DNA of 64,000 nt from Bdellovibrionales bacterium (GCA_964230645.1 CAXRHT010000002.1:1376001-1440000); one strand, 5' to 3'. Positions 1 through 9,892 are shown, numbered from the stretch's first letter. A program made the numbers and translations. Notes: generated by a model from the sequence alone, not told the origin.

Positions 1-809
1 TTGTCAGAGCTTAGGTGCCAAAGGCAATCAAGAGCCGCCTCTAGGCGATCCACAGCGGAAACAAAGATCTTCTCTGGAGCCATAGCGGCGTTGAAAAAAG
101 ACATAGTCACAGAGAGAACAATCCCCACTAGAGATGTACTCATTGAAAAAGAAATTTTTAGTAAAAACTGATCCATGATGGCCTTAGAAGCATCAAGGTC
201 TTTTAAGTCCATCGTTCCAAGATCAGGCAGAGCTTTCATTATACCAAGAAAAGTTCCAAAAACTCCAAGGATAATGAATACGCCTGGTAAGATGTTTATG
301 ACATCATTAAGAGTTGCACTTGGGAAAACCCCTAAAACCTTACTAAAGCTCGGATTTCTAGTGAAAGCTTTCCTTGTCGTATTGAAAAGCTTCGGATGGT
401 TAGCATCATTAAATTTAATATGTTTTAGGGGCTTGAGCATATCATGGACAAAGAAGGCCGCACCCTGCTGTACAAGGAATAAACGATCTGTTGCCGTCAT
501 CAAAAAGTCAGGCTTTCTTCTTTTCATCGCATAGCGCACTCGAAAGAGCTCGTAATAGGTCTTTTCCATAAGTCTTTTAACCACTACGAAAAATGACACA
601 TCTGAAGATGGATTTCTTTCCTCAATGAAATTATCCACTCTTTTTTCAAACTCTTTTGCAAACCACTCTTGCCTGCGTACTGTATAATAAACCAGACTAC
701 GAAGAACAATACCTGATAAAAACAAAAGCACCATAAGTGGGATAAGCCAGTAAGTGGCAAAGATCACCAGGGTGTCAATTAAACTTGGATCTTGAATTGA
801 AGATTCCAT
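1..809 (-). CDS. MotA/TolQ/ExbB-family (ZorA-like) ion-channel subunit, 3'-truncated by the window edge; absent from the ORF track
   Basis: Manual translation from ATG 809 (SD AAGGAG, 12 nt after the upstream stop) stays open to base 1: MESSIQDPSLIDTLVIFATYWLIPLMVLLFLSGIVLRSLV (TM1), a soluble segment, then LPGVFIILGVFGTFLGIMKAL (TM2, MotA/ZorA G-x-x-G-T-x-x-G signature) and ISFSMSTSLVGIVLSVTMSFF (TM3). Confidence 0.85.
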   Translation of the reverse strand, partial: MESSIQDPSLIDTLVIFATYWLIPLMVLLFLSGIVLRSLVYYTVRRQEWFAKEFEKRVDNFIEERNPSSDVSFFVVVKRLMEKTYYELFRVRYAMKRRKPDFLMTATDRLFLVQQGAAFFVHDMLKPLKHIKFNDANHPKLFNTTRKAFTRNPSFSKVLGVFPSATLNDVINILPGVFIILGVFGTFLGIMKALPDLGTMDLKDLDASKAIMDQFLLKISFSMSTSLVGIVLSVTMSFFNAAMAPEKIFVSAVDRLEAALDCLWHLSSD

Positions 810-821
810 GAACTCTCTCCT

Positions 822-2576
822 TTAGTTCTCCATATTAAATTTAATCACAACACGTTGTGATTTTTTACAATCATACTTTTTACAATATTCGGTGTGAGAC
901 ATACTACTGATGTCTCTTTTGCTCGCATCTTCAGTTAAGAAACTACGGCCGGTCACTTTGACCATGGGAAGTATTTTCTTCTGATATCTGTACTTCATCT
1001 TCTTTTTATCAAAAATGTAGTCGAAAATAGATCTTGCACGGTAGTAACTGAGATCGAGGTTATAGTTCACGGCCTCTTTGTTATCAGCCTCTAAACTCAC
1101 GGGATTAACATACTTACCTTTGTAAGTCGGCGATGCAAATCCAATGATCTCAATAGAATTGATTTTATCGGCGGTTTTAGGATCAGAAAACAATGTCTCT
1201 GAATAGGCTGGCATAAATTTCTTCAGCACTTGTTCCATCCCGGGCTTTACCTGGGCCTTACCTGTATCAAAGTATTCATCTCCGAACTGAATAATGACAT
1301 CTCCTGATTTTCCATCCACAGAAGCTTTCAGTCCCGCTTTCTTCAAGTTCTTTTTCATATCGTTGATAAGCTTTTTCTTGGCGTTGGCGATCTCTTTCAT
1401 ACGTTTAAGATCGGAAGATAACTTTTTCTTATCCCCAGCGAGATCCTTGGCTTTCTTAGCCAGATCTTGTGACTGCTTGGCTAGTGAGGCCTTTTCTTGA
1501 CGAGTCTTCTCTAGCTGTCCCTGAACATTCTGAACCTGTGATTCCATATTTTGAATCTTCGAGGCAAGCTGGGCTTCTTTTGCCTGAGCTTGCTTCATGA
1601 ATTCTCTCTGCTTGGCCTCTTTCGCCTTTGCTGAAAGTTTTTGCTTAGCCAGTTTTGACTCGAAAGCCTTTTTTTCCTGCTGCATTTGCTTTTGGAAATC
1701 TCCGCGCATTTGCGAGATCTTTTGAGTCACTTGTTGCTTTTCCTGCACAAGCTGTTGAATGTTTGATTCTTGATTGGCAATTGTTTTTTCGGCTTGGGCT
1801 AGCTTTTGACTGGCCTCTTCAATGATTTTCTGATTCTTGCGAATCTCTCTTTTGGCCTGTGCGTTTGCAAGCTCCAATTGGCTAACCTTGAGCTGATTCT
1901 GCTCTTTGATTTGCTTCATCTGCGATTCCATTTTGGCTTTAGTGATTTTGCGCTTCTTATAAGAGCGACGCAACTGAGCCATTTTGGTTTGCAGTGTTTT
2001 GTTAAGGTTTTTGATTTTACGCTCGCCTTTTGCAATCTCTTGCTTCCTTTGAGTGACGTCTTTTTCAAGTTTATCAATTTCTTCACGTTGATTATCGATT
2101 TCCTCAAAGTTCTTGGTGATCGTTTTATCTCGTCTCTTAATATTCACCGAGGAAACGATGTTCGCTGTGATGATGTTTTTAATCATCTTCTGGTATTTGT
2201 TTAGTGCGACTTCTTTTTGCTCAAGTTCGTTAGCTGATTTTCTTAGCTTTTCTTTTTCGTCTTTGGCTTCCTCGCGCAATAGTTCCATTTTTTTCATCAA
2301 GTCTTCATATTTCGCCTGCTCATCAGCTGAAGCCTGACTGGTGAGGTAGTCATCTTTTTTGCTTTGATAGAAAACCAACTCTTCTTTAAGCTGATCTCTT
2401 TCCCTCACTAATTCCTGATACTGAGTGTGACTTTTTATATTACTGGTACCGGTTCTCAAACTAGCGATAACGTAGAGTAACAAGAAGACCAATGACAGAA
2501 CCATAAACAGATCTGAATAGGTGGCCCAATGAGTCCCATCTTCTTTATTTTTTATGCGATCATAATCAAACGACAC
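822..2576 (-). CDS. MotB/ZorB-like stator subunit with a very long periplasmic coiled coil and a C-terminal OmpA-like peptidoglycan-binding domain
   Basis: N-terminal WATYSDLFMVLSLVFLLLYV (W-x-x-Y-x-D TM motif, Asp22). About 360 aa of K/E/Q heptad-rich sequence. C-terminal FDTGKA...IEIIGFAS...NLDLSYYRA...VTGRS...SQRVVIKF (OmpA_C-like). SD AAAAGGAG before the GTG. Confidence 0.85.
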   Translation of the reverse strand: MSFDYDRIKNKEDGTHWATYSDLFMVLSLVFLLLYVIASLRTGTSNIKSHTQYQELVRERDQLKEELVFYQSKKDDYLTSQASADEQAKYEDLMKKMELLREEAKDEKEKLRKSANELEQKEVALNKYQKMIKNIITANIVSSVNIKRRDKTITKNFEEIDNQREEIDKLEKDVTQRKQEIAKGERKIKNLNKTLQTKMAQLRRSYKKRKITKAKMESQMKQIKEQNQLKVSQLELANAQAKREIRKNQKIIEEASQKLAQAEKTIANQESNIQQLVQEKQQVTQKISQMRGDFQKQMQQEKKAFESKLAKQKLSAKAKEAKQREFMKQAQAKEAQLASKIQNMESQVQNVQGQLEKTRQEKASLAKQSQDLAKKAKDLAGDKKKLSSDLKRMKEIANAKKKLINDMKKNLKKAGLKASVDGKSGDVIIQFGDEYFDTGKAQVKPGMEQVLKKFMPAYSETLFSDPKTADKINSIEIIGFASPTYKGKYVNPVSLEADNKEAVNYNLDLSYYRARSIFDYIFDKKKMKYRYQKKILPMVKVTGRSFLTEDASKRDISSMSHTEYCKKYDCKKSQRVVIKFNMEN

Positions 2577-2690
2577 ATCGACTCCTTTTGACTTGACCCT
2601 TTTTATTCGGTTTTTTGCTCTAGATTCTCATTGGGACGTATGTCTTGATTCTCAAATATTCTCAGCTGTTCTTTTTAGACTTAAGGCTTA

Positions 2691-2717
2691 TAAAATCATT
2701 TTGAGACATGCCGATGA
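2691..2717 (+). promoter_or_regulatory. sigma28 (FliA)-type promoter
   Basis: TAAA-N15-GCCGATGA, ending 7 nt before ATG 2725. Confidence 0.65.
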
Positions 2718-2724
2718 GTTTAGT

Positions 2725-3183
2725 ATGAAAAAAATAGCATTGTCCCTTATCGTATTCGCTTTATGTTCTACTGCTTTGGCTGGAGAAAAAAACAACTCCC
2801 ACAAGCAACACAACACAATTTACACTAAAAAAATCAAGCGAATCGTCAACGCAGTCAACGTCGGTGATTTCTCTAAAGAATCGGAATATATGGAAATGCT
2901 ACAGACAGCCTGCCAAAGGAACAGATGCAACAATATCGAATCACAAACGATTCGAAGTGTCGGCCACCAAATTGTCCATTGCAAAATCACTCATTTAAAA
3001 GCCCATGGTATAGAAAATCCAGATGCTATTAGCATTTGTAACTCAAAAAATGCCATGATCGGTTGCGACACCCTCGCCACCCCCCTACTTCGTAAAATGT
3101 GCTACACGGGTAATAGCTACAGTCTACGAGTCTTACGTCAAAAAGAGGCTCAAATGAACAGTCGTATGCCCGCCTCTGAGTAA
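2725..3183 (+). CDS. Small secreted Cys-rich hypothetical protein
   Basis: Likely start MKKIALSLIVFALCSTALA (Sec signal peptide); six Cys in the mature part; ends RMPASE. Confidence 0.75.
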   Translation: MKKIALSLIVFALCSTALAGEKNNSHKQHNTIYTKKIKRIVNAVNVGDFSKESEYMEMLQTACQRNRCNNIESQTIRSVGHQIVHCKITHLKAHGIENPDAISICNSKNAMIGCDTLATPLLRKMCYTGNSYSLRVLRQKEAQMNSRMPASE

Positions 3184-3232
3184 TTCTTCGTCGTCATTGA
3201 ATTCATTGTTTTTAACGGATAAACTTTTGTTT

Positions 3233-4249
3233 ATGTTAAAAATGATTGGCATTAACGCCCTGGTATTTTTTGCTCTACTTGTTGCAGTGGAAGCCTTTTT
3301 TAAAATCAAATCTGTCGATTTTTCTCCCCCCGGTCCCTATGTCCGAGAGATAAATTCAAAAAATTATATTGAACCCAACCCACAAATGGGCTTTCAACCT
3401 ATCGCTAACTTCGATGCGAAAGCAAAGAAAGTCTTTGGTGATGAGGTTATCTATGATGTTGAATACAGTTTCGACGAAAACCACCGCAGGATCGTCCCTC
3501 AGAAAAATATTGCTAGCGATAAAATTATCACCTTTCTTGGTGCTTCTAACACTTTTGGAGAGGGACTTCCGGTTGAACATAGCCTTCCCTATTTAGTGGC
3601 TCAGCAAAATCCCGATTATTTCATTTATAATTACGCTTTTCGTGGTTACGGGCCAACCAATATTATGGCCTTACTAGATTCTCAACGTCTGGCCCAGGAG
3701 ATTCCTCAAAAAAAGGGTATCTTCCTTTACCCTTATATGAACCACCAAGCTCGTCGCCTCATCGGTACTACTCACTTTTTTCGTTGGGCCAAAGGGGAGC
3801 ACCCTTTCTATTCCTACTCGCCTGATCAAGGATTCAAAAGAGAGGGAAGCTTTTCTAGCCAGCAACCCTGGAGAATGTGGTTCCTCAAAACTTTAAATAA
3901 GTCTTCCTTTTTTCAATGGCTGGATCGTGAGTTTCCAAATCCACTAGAGAAATCCAACTTGAACATCTTATGCGAAGCCTTTTTATATATAAAAAAGAGG
4001 GTAAAATCTCTTTCCCCTCAATATCAGTTTTACGTAGTTATTGGTCATAAAAAGATCAAAGCAAAAGATCGAATCAAGGCATGCCTTGAGGCTCGAAAGG
4101 TGGAGTATCTGGATCTTGCACTAGAAAAAAGCCACAATAAAGAGAGTCTTCGGCTTCATAAACTCGATAGCCATTCAAACTTCAAGGCCAATAAGATCAT
4201 AAGCCAAAAACTCACTGAGGCTCTTCAAGAAAAAATTAATCATCTCTAG
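3233..4249 (+). CDS. Membrane-anchored SGNH/GDSL-like hydrolase
   Basis: N-terminal TM, FLGASNTFGEG (block I variant), NYAFRGYGP (block II), DSH near the C-terminus. Confidence 0.65.
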   Translation: MLKMIGINALVFFALLVAVEAFFKIKSVDFSPPGPYVREINSKNYIEPNPQMGFQPIANFDAKAKKVFGDEVIYDVEYSFDENHRRIVPQKNIASDKIITFLGASNTFGEGLPVEHSLPYLVAQQNPDYFIYNYAFRGYGPTNIMALLDSQRLAQEIPQKKGIFLYPYMNHQARRLIGTTHFFRWAKGEHPFYSYSPDQGFKREGSFSSQQPWRMWFLKTLNKSSFFQWLDREFPNPLEKSNLNILCEAFLYIKKRVKSLSPQYQFYVVIGHKKIKAKDRIKACLEARKVEYLDLALEKSHNKESLRLHKLDSHSNFKANKIISQKLTEALQEKINHL

Positions 4250-4253
4250 ACTA

Positions 4254-7200
4254 TCAAGGTACAGGTACAGGAAGAGGTCTTGGCTTAGCCTCAACCACGT
4301 CTCCTTGACTGCCCTTTCCTTCCGTCTCCAAGGTAAAGGCATTACGAGGATAATAGACGACAAGGTTTCTTTTCGCCCCTTTTCCTTTATCTAAAGTCAA
4401 TCCGACAATCTCTCCAGCTGGTACATTGACCATTTCTGGAATTGCGCTGAAGGTTCCGGTTTCTAGGGTCATATTTATATCTTCAAACTCCCCCACACCT
4501 TCACCAAGGTAGTCATAGCGATCAATCACATCATTGCCATTAAAAGAAACCGAGACCCGCATTTTTAAAGATTCTTTTTGTAGGTTTAGAGACTCAATCG
4601 GAACCTCAACAAGAGCCACCGTAGAGTGGGAAAAACCGACCATTCCCCCGACACTTAAAAGAGCAGGAGCAAAGCTTAAGTTGGGCCTTTGATCCGGCTG
4701 CTTGGCTATTTCCTGATTATACTCAGTAATTATTTGACTCAATACCGGACCATCGAAGACAAGACTGGCAAAAGCGGGCAGTTCGAGCTCCTGCAATCCT
4801 GGAAAGCCTGAAGGATTACCTGCTAGCACTTCTCTATCAACCGTTCCATCACCATCGGTATCAAATTCAAGATCTATATCACACGCGCCCCAAGAGGTGA
4901 GTGGATTAAATAGCTTTACTCCAACCTGTAAGACCTTTTTTCCTTGCTTGGCTAATACTCGGTAGCCGACAGATTGTAAATCACAGGCCACACTTGCAAA
5001 AAGATCCTCGGAGGCATCTTTTCTGGAGTCACTTCCTAGGTGATTGAAAAGTAATGCGATTCCATCGTGTTCCCCTTGGTTGGAAAGAGTCACCTGAAAC
5101 TGCTCATCACTGGAGGCAACAAGTTCTTCCACTTGAATGTCAGTAGTTCGCGCCAGTACACCCAGAACAGGTATATATCCAAGCCTTGATCCATCCGCCA
5201 GAATTTCAATATGAGCATCTACCTCTAAAGACTCCTCAGAAGGTGGGATCACAGTGACATCAAGCAAAACAGTTTTAACCTCGCCCGGCCTCACGTCAAA
5301 GGAGGTTTCTGATAAATTAAATTCCATGTTGGGATGGTTGACTGGATTTAAACCGACGATCTGAGTTTTATTACTGTCATTGAAAAAATGTAGCTCTTTT
5401 TCGATGTGACTTAACGTACTGACATTTAGTTTTCCAAGGGAAACTCCAGGGGTAGAAAGTACGAGAGGAGAAGTCGCGGCTCTAAATGCATCGACTCTTC
5501 CCGCTCCCTGTCGTGAAACGGGATAGCGGTTTTGTTTTTCATCATCAATCAACACACTTGTATTCATCATTAGGGATTTAATATCTTTTGCCCCAAGATC
5601 TTTGCGGTATTGCAATAGCAACGCTGCAATCCCTGCTATATGAGGAGAGGACATCGAAGTCCCACTGCTCATGGCCCCTTTGTCTCCTGAGCCCGCACGA
5701 GCGGAAATAATATTGTAACCGGGAGCTGTAATTTCTGGTTTTATGGCAGAGTCTAAATCTCTCGGGCCCTGCGAAGAAAAAGGAGCCAGAATATCAACAA
5801 GCTCTGGTCGCTTAAACTTCTCTGAAGCCACAAAATCAATAGTGGCTGGTCCGGCTTTCATGTCTTCCTTAATAAGACTCCCGAGAGCTTGGGAAATCAT
5901 CACCCCTGGAATTGGGAAGCTTGTTTCTCCTCCCATAACAATTGGATCACCGGGCTCGTTGTTAACCATAACAACACCGATAGCCCCAGCTTCAAAAGCT
6001 CTTTGAATCTTGTCACCAAAAGACACGGCCCCTCGATCAATCAACGCCACCTTTCCGCTCAAAAGCTCTTGCTGCTTTTGCTCTAATTCTTTATCCGCCA
6101 ATCCGATATAAAAGAGTTCACCGGAAACAGGGCCTGTGGAAGCAATCGGTTCCGTCACTGCACCTTCAATGGCTTGAACAATTATCTTGGGTTGATTCGC
6201 CGTTTGAAATTCCACAGCATCAAACTGCCAATTGTGAGGCATGTTTCCAACGGAACCTGCCACCGAAATAGCATCATCGGCCGTGCTGGGAGCACCGACA
6301 ATACTACTGGTAGCTCCGGCATTACCAGCCGCTGCAACGGTGACCGTCCCACCCTTCACGAGATTTGAAATGGCCTGATTATAAAGAGTGTGAGGTTTTC
6401 CAAAAGAGCCTCCAAGAGAAAGATTCACCACATCAAGCTTATCACTCAAATCCAAATCGCCATTAGGGTCCGCGGCGTATTCCAAGGCGGCTATCACGAC
6501 CGAGTCCTGCGTTCCTCCACTAGCATCACCAAAAACCTTGAGGGCATAGATCTCTGCATCGGGTGCTGCTCCGTCATATGTGTTTACACCATCACCTATG
6601 CCCGCTGTAGTTCCAGCGACATGAGTCCCGTGACCGCTGCGATCGATGGGGTTGGGATCTGGAACTGGTACACGGTCAGAATATATATGAGATCCAGAAT
6701 TAAAATTGGCTCCAGCAAAATCGTATCCACCCGTCACTTTTTTATTGGGAAACAGGGGGGTGAGACTTTTGGGGTCAACACCCTCAAAGTCAGCCACTTG
6801 GCCTGATCCACCGAGCATGCGGTGGGTGTAATCCACTCCGGAGTCAACGACTCCTATTTTCATACCCTGACCACGCACGGGAATTAAATTTCCCTGAGAG
6901 TCTGGTACACTGAGAGTGTCATGAATTTTAGTAGCGCCAATAAAGCTCATCGAGTTTTGTGTCGCTAGCGGCGTCGCATCCAAAGGACCGGATCTCGTTT
7001 GAAAAGTTTGTGGCAGAGCAAAAGATTGATCGGCTTCAATAAAACTCATGGGAAGACTGTTTATCTCCTCTGCTAAACTTTGTGGAGCCTGAATAGCAAT
7101 GGCGTTTAGGACAAGGCGGTAGCGGTAAAGAACTGTGATTTCACTTGATAGATCTTTCAGTCTTTTTTCGAATTCCATTTGTTCGGTAGCAATCTGATCT

Positions 7201-7454
7201 TTTAAATCCTCATCCACCTCATAACTGCCATCTTGTTTCTGCCTAACTGTCGAAAGAAGGGCTGGACTTTCTAAACGAATAAGCACCATGAACATGGGCT
7301 TGCCATCGGGAAAGACTAATTCTTCATCTTTGAACTTGTCGTCAATGATGGGATCGCCGTTGCTGTTCACGGGACCAAGTGTGGCTTGAGAGTCGTCTTT
7401 ACAAGCCGACAATAAAAACGAAAGTAATAACAGAATGAACAGTAATGGTTTCAC
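4254..7454 (-). CDS. S8 subtilisin-family serine peptidase lipoprotein with PA domain (Vpr-like)
   Basis: Triad motifs VVDSGVD, HGTHVAG and SGTSMSSPH; PA domain GKVALIDRGAVSFGDKI; lipobox LLSAC; GTG 7454 preceded by GGGGGA. Confidence 0.92.
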   Translation of the reverse strand: MKPLLFILLLLSFLLSACKDDSQATLGPVNSNGDPIIDDKFKDEELVFPDGKPMFMVLIRLESPALLSTVRQKQDGSYEVDEDLKDQIATEQMEFEKRLKDLSSEITVLYRYRLVLNAIAIQAPQSLAEEINSLPMSFIEADQSFALPQTFQTRSGPLDATPLATQNSMSFIGATKIHDTLSVPDSQGNLIPVRGQGMKIGVVDSGVDYTHRMLGGSGQVADFEGVDPKSLTPLFPNKKVTGGYDFAGANFNSGSHIYSDRVPVPDPNPIDRSGHGTHVAGTTAGIGDGVNTYDGAAPDAEIYALKVFGDASGGTQDSVVIAALEYAADPNGDLDLSDKLDVVNLSLGGSFGKPHTLYNQAISNLVKGGTVTVAAAGNAGATSSIVGAPSTADDAISVAGSVGNMPHNWQFDAVEFQTANQPKIIVQAIEGAVTEPIASTGPVSGELFYIGLADKELEQKQQELLSGKVALIDRGAVSFGDKIQRAFEAGAIGVVMVNNEPGDPIVMGGETSFPIPGVMISQALGSLIKEDMKAGPATIDFVASEKFKRPELVDILAPFSSQGPRDLDSAIKPEITAPGYNIISARAGSGDKGAMSSGTSMSSPHIAGIAALLLQYRKDLGAKDIKSLMMNTSVLIDDEKQNRYPVSRQGAGRVDAFRAATSPLVLSTPGVSLGKLNVSTLSHIEKELHFFNDSNKTQIVGLNPVNHPNMEFNLSETSFDVRPGEVKTVLLDVTVIPPSEESLEVDAHIEILADGSRLGYIPVLGVLARTTDIQVEELVASSDEQFQVTLSNQGEHDGIALLFNHLGSDSRKDASEDLFASVACDLQSVGYRVLAKQGKKVLQVGVKLFNPLTSWGACDIDLEFDTDGDGTVDREVLAGNPSGFPGLQELELPAFASLVFDGPVLSQIITEYNQEIAKQPDQRPNLSFAPALLSVGGMVGFSHSTVALVEVPIESLNLQKESLKMRVSVSFNGNDVIDRYDYLGEGVGEFEDINMTLETGTFSAIPEMVNVPAGEIVGLTLDKGKGAKRNLVVYYPRNAFTLETEGKGSQGDVVEAKPRPLPVPVP

Positions 7455-7852
7455 AAATCCCCCCAAAAAATGACCACCTAAAAGTGATCGAACCAAAGTC
7501 CCAATAGCCGGCTTGACCGGTTTCCCCTACTGGGCGCTCTAGACAGGCCTCCCCCCAAAGGAGGACCTGAACCCTCCTTTTAGGAAATTGTTTTCAAAAT
7601 ATGAAATGAAAAAAACATATAACCACCATTGCTAAGACTTATAGGATGGTAAAAAATTGTGCAGAACTCAGGTTAAATGAACATTTTTTCGCTCAGATCC
7701 TCTTATTTTTGATCTGAAAGCAAACTCTGTTTCCTGTCATTTTTTTTAAGATTAGTGGGAGTTTGCACATTTTTAGTTCAGAACCCAGATTTTGTTAATT
7801 TTACAGGTGAAGAATTGCTCAAAACCCCACCCTATGGCACATTTTGATCTCC

Positions 7853-7879
7853 TAAAAAATTATCGTAGGTCGCCGAATC
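7853..7879 (+). promoter_or_regulatory. Possible sigma28-type promoter for the S9 peptidase
   Basis: TAAA-N15-GCCGAATC immediately before SD GAGGAGG. Confidence 0.35.
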
Positions 7880-7891
7880 GAGGAGGATTTC

Positions 7892-9865
7892 GTGAAAAAT
7901 ATCTTAATTGGGCTCATTTTATTCCAATTACTCAACAGTTGTGCCAGTAAACAAAAAACAAACATCGAAATGTCACTAGACGAAAAGGAGCAATCCTATC
8001 TTTCTTTCCCTGAGTATCGTGGCGTCTCACTCTCTCCTTCGGGTAAATACGCGGTTGTTACAACCCATTTCGATAACGAATCATTTATTTCAATTATCGA
8101 CCGAGCCACCAAAAAAATAAAAGGTTCGGTAAAACAAGGGAAGAACTTCCATGTGACAGGCTATATTTGGAAAGGTGATGATCATATTATCATTCAAGCG
8201 CGCTACTCTGAGGGGTATCTAAAGGGAAGCGATACCGCACAACTTCTTTTTTCAGTAAATAGCGAAGGTGAAGATTTTCGACAAATTTATCCAGATAATC
8301 GGAAAGATCTCTCAAAAAACTTCGCGGCGCGAAGTTTGCGAATAATTTCTGATGAAATCTACAAAGATCGTTATTTGTTGATGACAGAAAATCGTTTTGG
8401 AATTCACTCTCATCAGAATCGTCTCAGCCTGATTGACATATATAACGGTAAAATAAAATATCTCGATAAGGTCGATGACATGAAAAACGGCACCTATGCT
8501 GTCGACAATAGTAAAAAAGCACGCCTAGCCGTTGCTCAGGGTAAAAAAGAATCGATCACATTCTATACAAAAAACTTGCAGACAGGAGAATGGCAAAAAG
8601 ACAATTTTTTCTCAACAAAATCTCGCCCCATTCGCATTCTTGGATTCTCTAAAAATAACGATCAGTTCTATTTTTTGGGAGACAATAAAAAAACAATGAG
8701 CTCACTCTACGTGGCCAACATTTCTAAAACTGGAAAGGTTTCAGGTTTGCGTGAAGTTTTCTCCTATCCAAAGGGTGATATATTAAATGTTACCTGGGAC
8801 GAAAAAGCCTCCAAACCACTTTTTGTAGAATACGGTGCGGGTCGCCCCAAGCGTAAATATCTGTCTAACAGTCAGAGAGCCCAGTATCTAAAGCAGCTCT
8901 CTCAATCATTCAAAGACGAATTGGTCTATATGGGAGAGCTTGCTGGCGACGACTACCTTGTGCAAATAAGAAGCGATTACCGCCCAACAACCTTCTATAT
9001 TTTTAATCAGGAAAAGAAAACAGTGGATGAGTTTTTGTCCACAAATGAAAACATCCGAGGCCTTTCCACTGTAAAATCACAGCCTGTAGAATACAAAACA
9101 CGGGACGGACACACAATTTATGGTTTTCTTTTCAAACCCAAACAATGGACAGTAGATACTCCTATGATCATTAACATTCATGGCGGACCCTACGGAGTGC
9201 AAGATCAATGGAGATTCAATGGAGATGTCCAATTTCTTGTCTCTCGCGGTTATTCAGTGATGAATGTCAATTACAGAGGCTCTGGCGGACGTGGCCACAA
9301 ATTCGAAAAACTAGGCTACGGTAAACCGGGCACGACAATGCAGAATGATATTGCTGACGCAGCCATCTGGGCCAGTAAAAACAATGTCGCAAGGAAAGGA
9401 AATGTCTGTCTCTGGGGAGTCAGTTATGGAGCTTACGCCTCAATTATGAGTGTTATGAAGTTTCCGGAACTTTTTAAATGTGGGATTGGCTTTGGCGGAG
9501 TGTATGACTGGCGCACAATTGTCGAACAAGGAGATGCCGCCGGCAACGATTACGCCGAATACTTCTGGAAAAAACGTCTACCTAAAACGGATAAGGAAAA
9601 GTTCAAACACTCTCCTGTTTCATTGGCCAAAGACCTCAAACGGGAAGTTTACATCATGCATGGAAAAGAAGACGTTCGCTGTTCGGTGAAACAGGCTCGC
9701 GCCCTAAAAGAAGAGTTAAAAAAATATAAAAAAGACTTTAAATACCAAGAATTTCCCGACATAGGACACTGGTTTGTTTCAGATCAAGACCAAAAGTATC
9801 AAGCCTATTCAGAAATTTCGAAATTCTTAGATCGAAAACTCAAAAATGAAAAAAATGTGAACTAG
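7892..9865 (+). CDS. S9 prolyl oligopeptidase / acylaminoacyl peptidase family lipoprotein
   Basis: IHGGP, NYRGSGG, GVSYG (G-x-S-x-G), HGKEDVR, IGH; lipobox LLNSC; SD GAGGAGG. Confidence 0.92.
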   Translation: MKNILIGLILFQLLNSCASKQKTNIEMSLDEKEQSYLSFPEYRGVSLSPSGKYAVVTTHFDNESFISIIDRATKKIKGSVKQGKNFHVTGYIWKGDDHIIIQARYSEGYLKGSDTAQLLFSVNSEGEDFRQIYPDNRKDLSKNFAARSLRIISDEIYKDRYLLMTENRFGIHSHQNRLSLIDIYNGKIKYLDKVDDMKNGTYAVDNSKKARLAVAQGKKESITFYTKNLQTGEWQKDNFFSTKSRPIRILGFSKNNDQFYFLGDNKKTMSSLYVANISKTGKVSGLREVFSYPKGDILNVTWDEKASKPLFVEYGAGRPKRKYLSNSQRAQYLKQLSQSFKDELVYMGELAGDDYLVQIRSDYRPTTFYIFNQEKKTVDEFLSTNENIRGLSTVKSQPVEYKTRDGHTIYGFLFKPKQWTVDTPMIINIHGGPYGVQDQWRFNGDVQFLVSRGYSVMNVNYRGSGGRGHKFEKLGYGKPGTTMQNDIADAAIWASKNNVARKGNVCLWGVSYGAYASIMSVMKFPELFKCGIGFGGVYDWRTIVEQGDAAGNDYAEYFWKKRLPKTDKEKFKHSPVSLAKDLKREVYIMHGKEDVRCSVKQARALKEELKKYKKDFKYQEFPDIGHWFVSDQDQKYQAYSEISKFLDRKLKNEKNVN

Positions 9866-9892
9866 TTCAAACATTGTACAGCTACTATTGCG

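Noticed and set aside
175..534. 119-aa plus-strand ORF
   Set aside because: Antisense shadow of the MotA/ZorA-like gene on the minus strand.
822..2576. Calling the coiled-coil protein SMC-like or a cytoskeletal protein
   Set aside because: No Walker motifs; the TM Asp motif and OmpA-like domain explain it as MotB/ZorB-like.
1..2576. Calling this a complete Zorya defence system
   Set aside because: No zorC/D/E is visible, the order is reversed, and the downstream context is outside the window.
7548..7580. Alternative hairpins CCTCC/GGAGG and AAAGGAGG/CCTCCTTT upstream of the S8 gene
   Set aside because: Stems are short and I recognise no riboswitch consensus; not enough to call an RNA element.
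7834..7850. TGGCAC as a possible sigma54 -24 box
   Set aside because: No TTGC at the -12 position.
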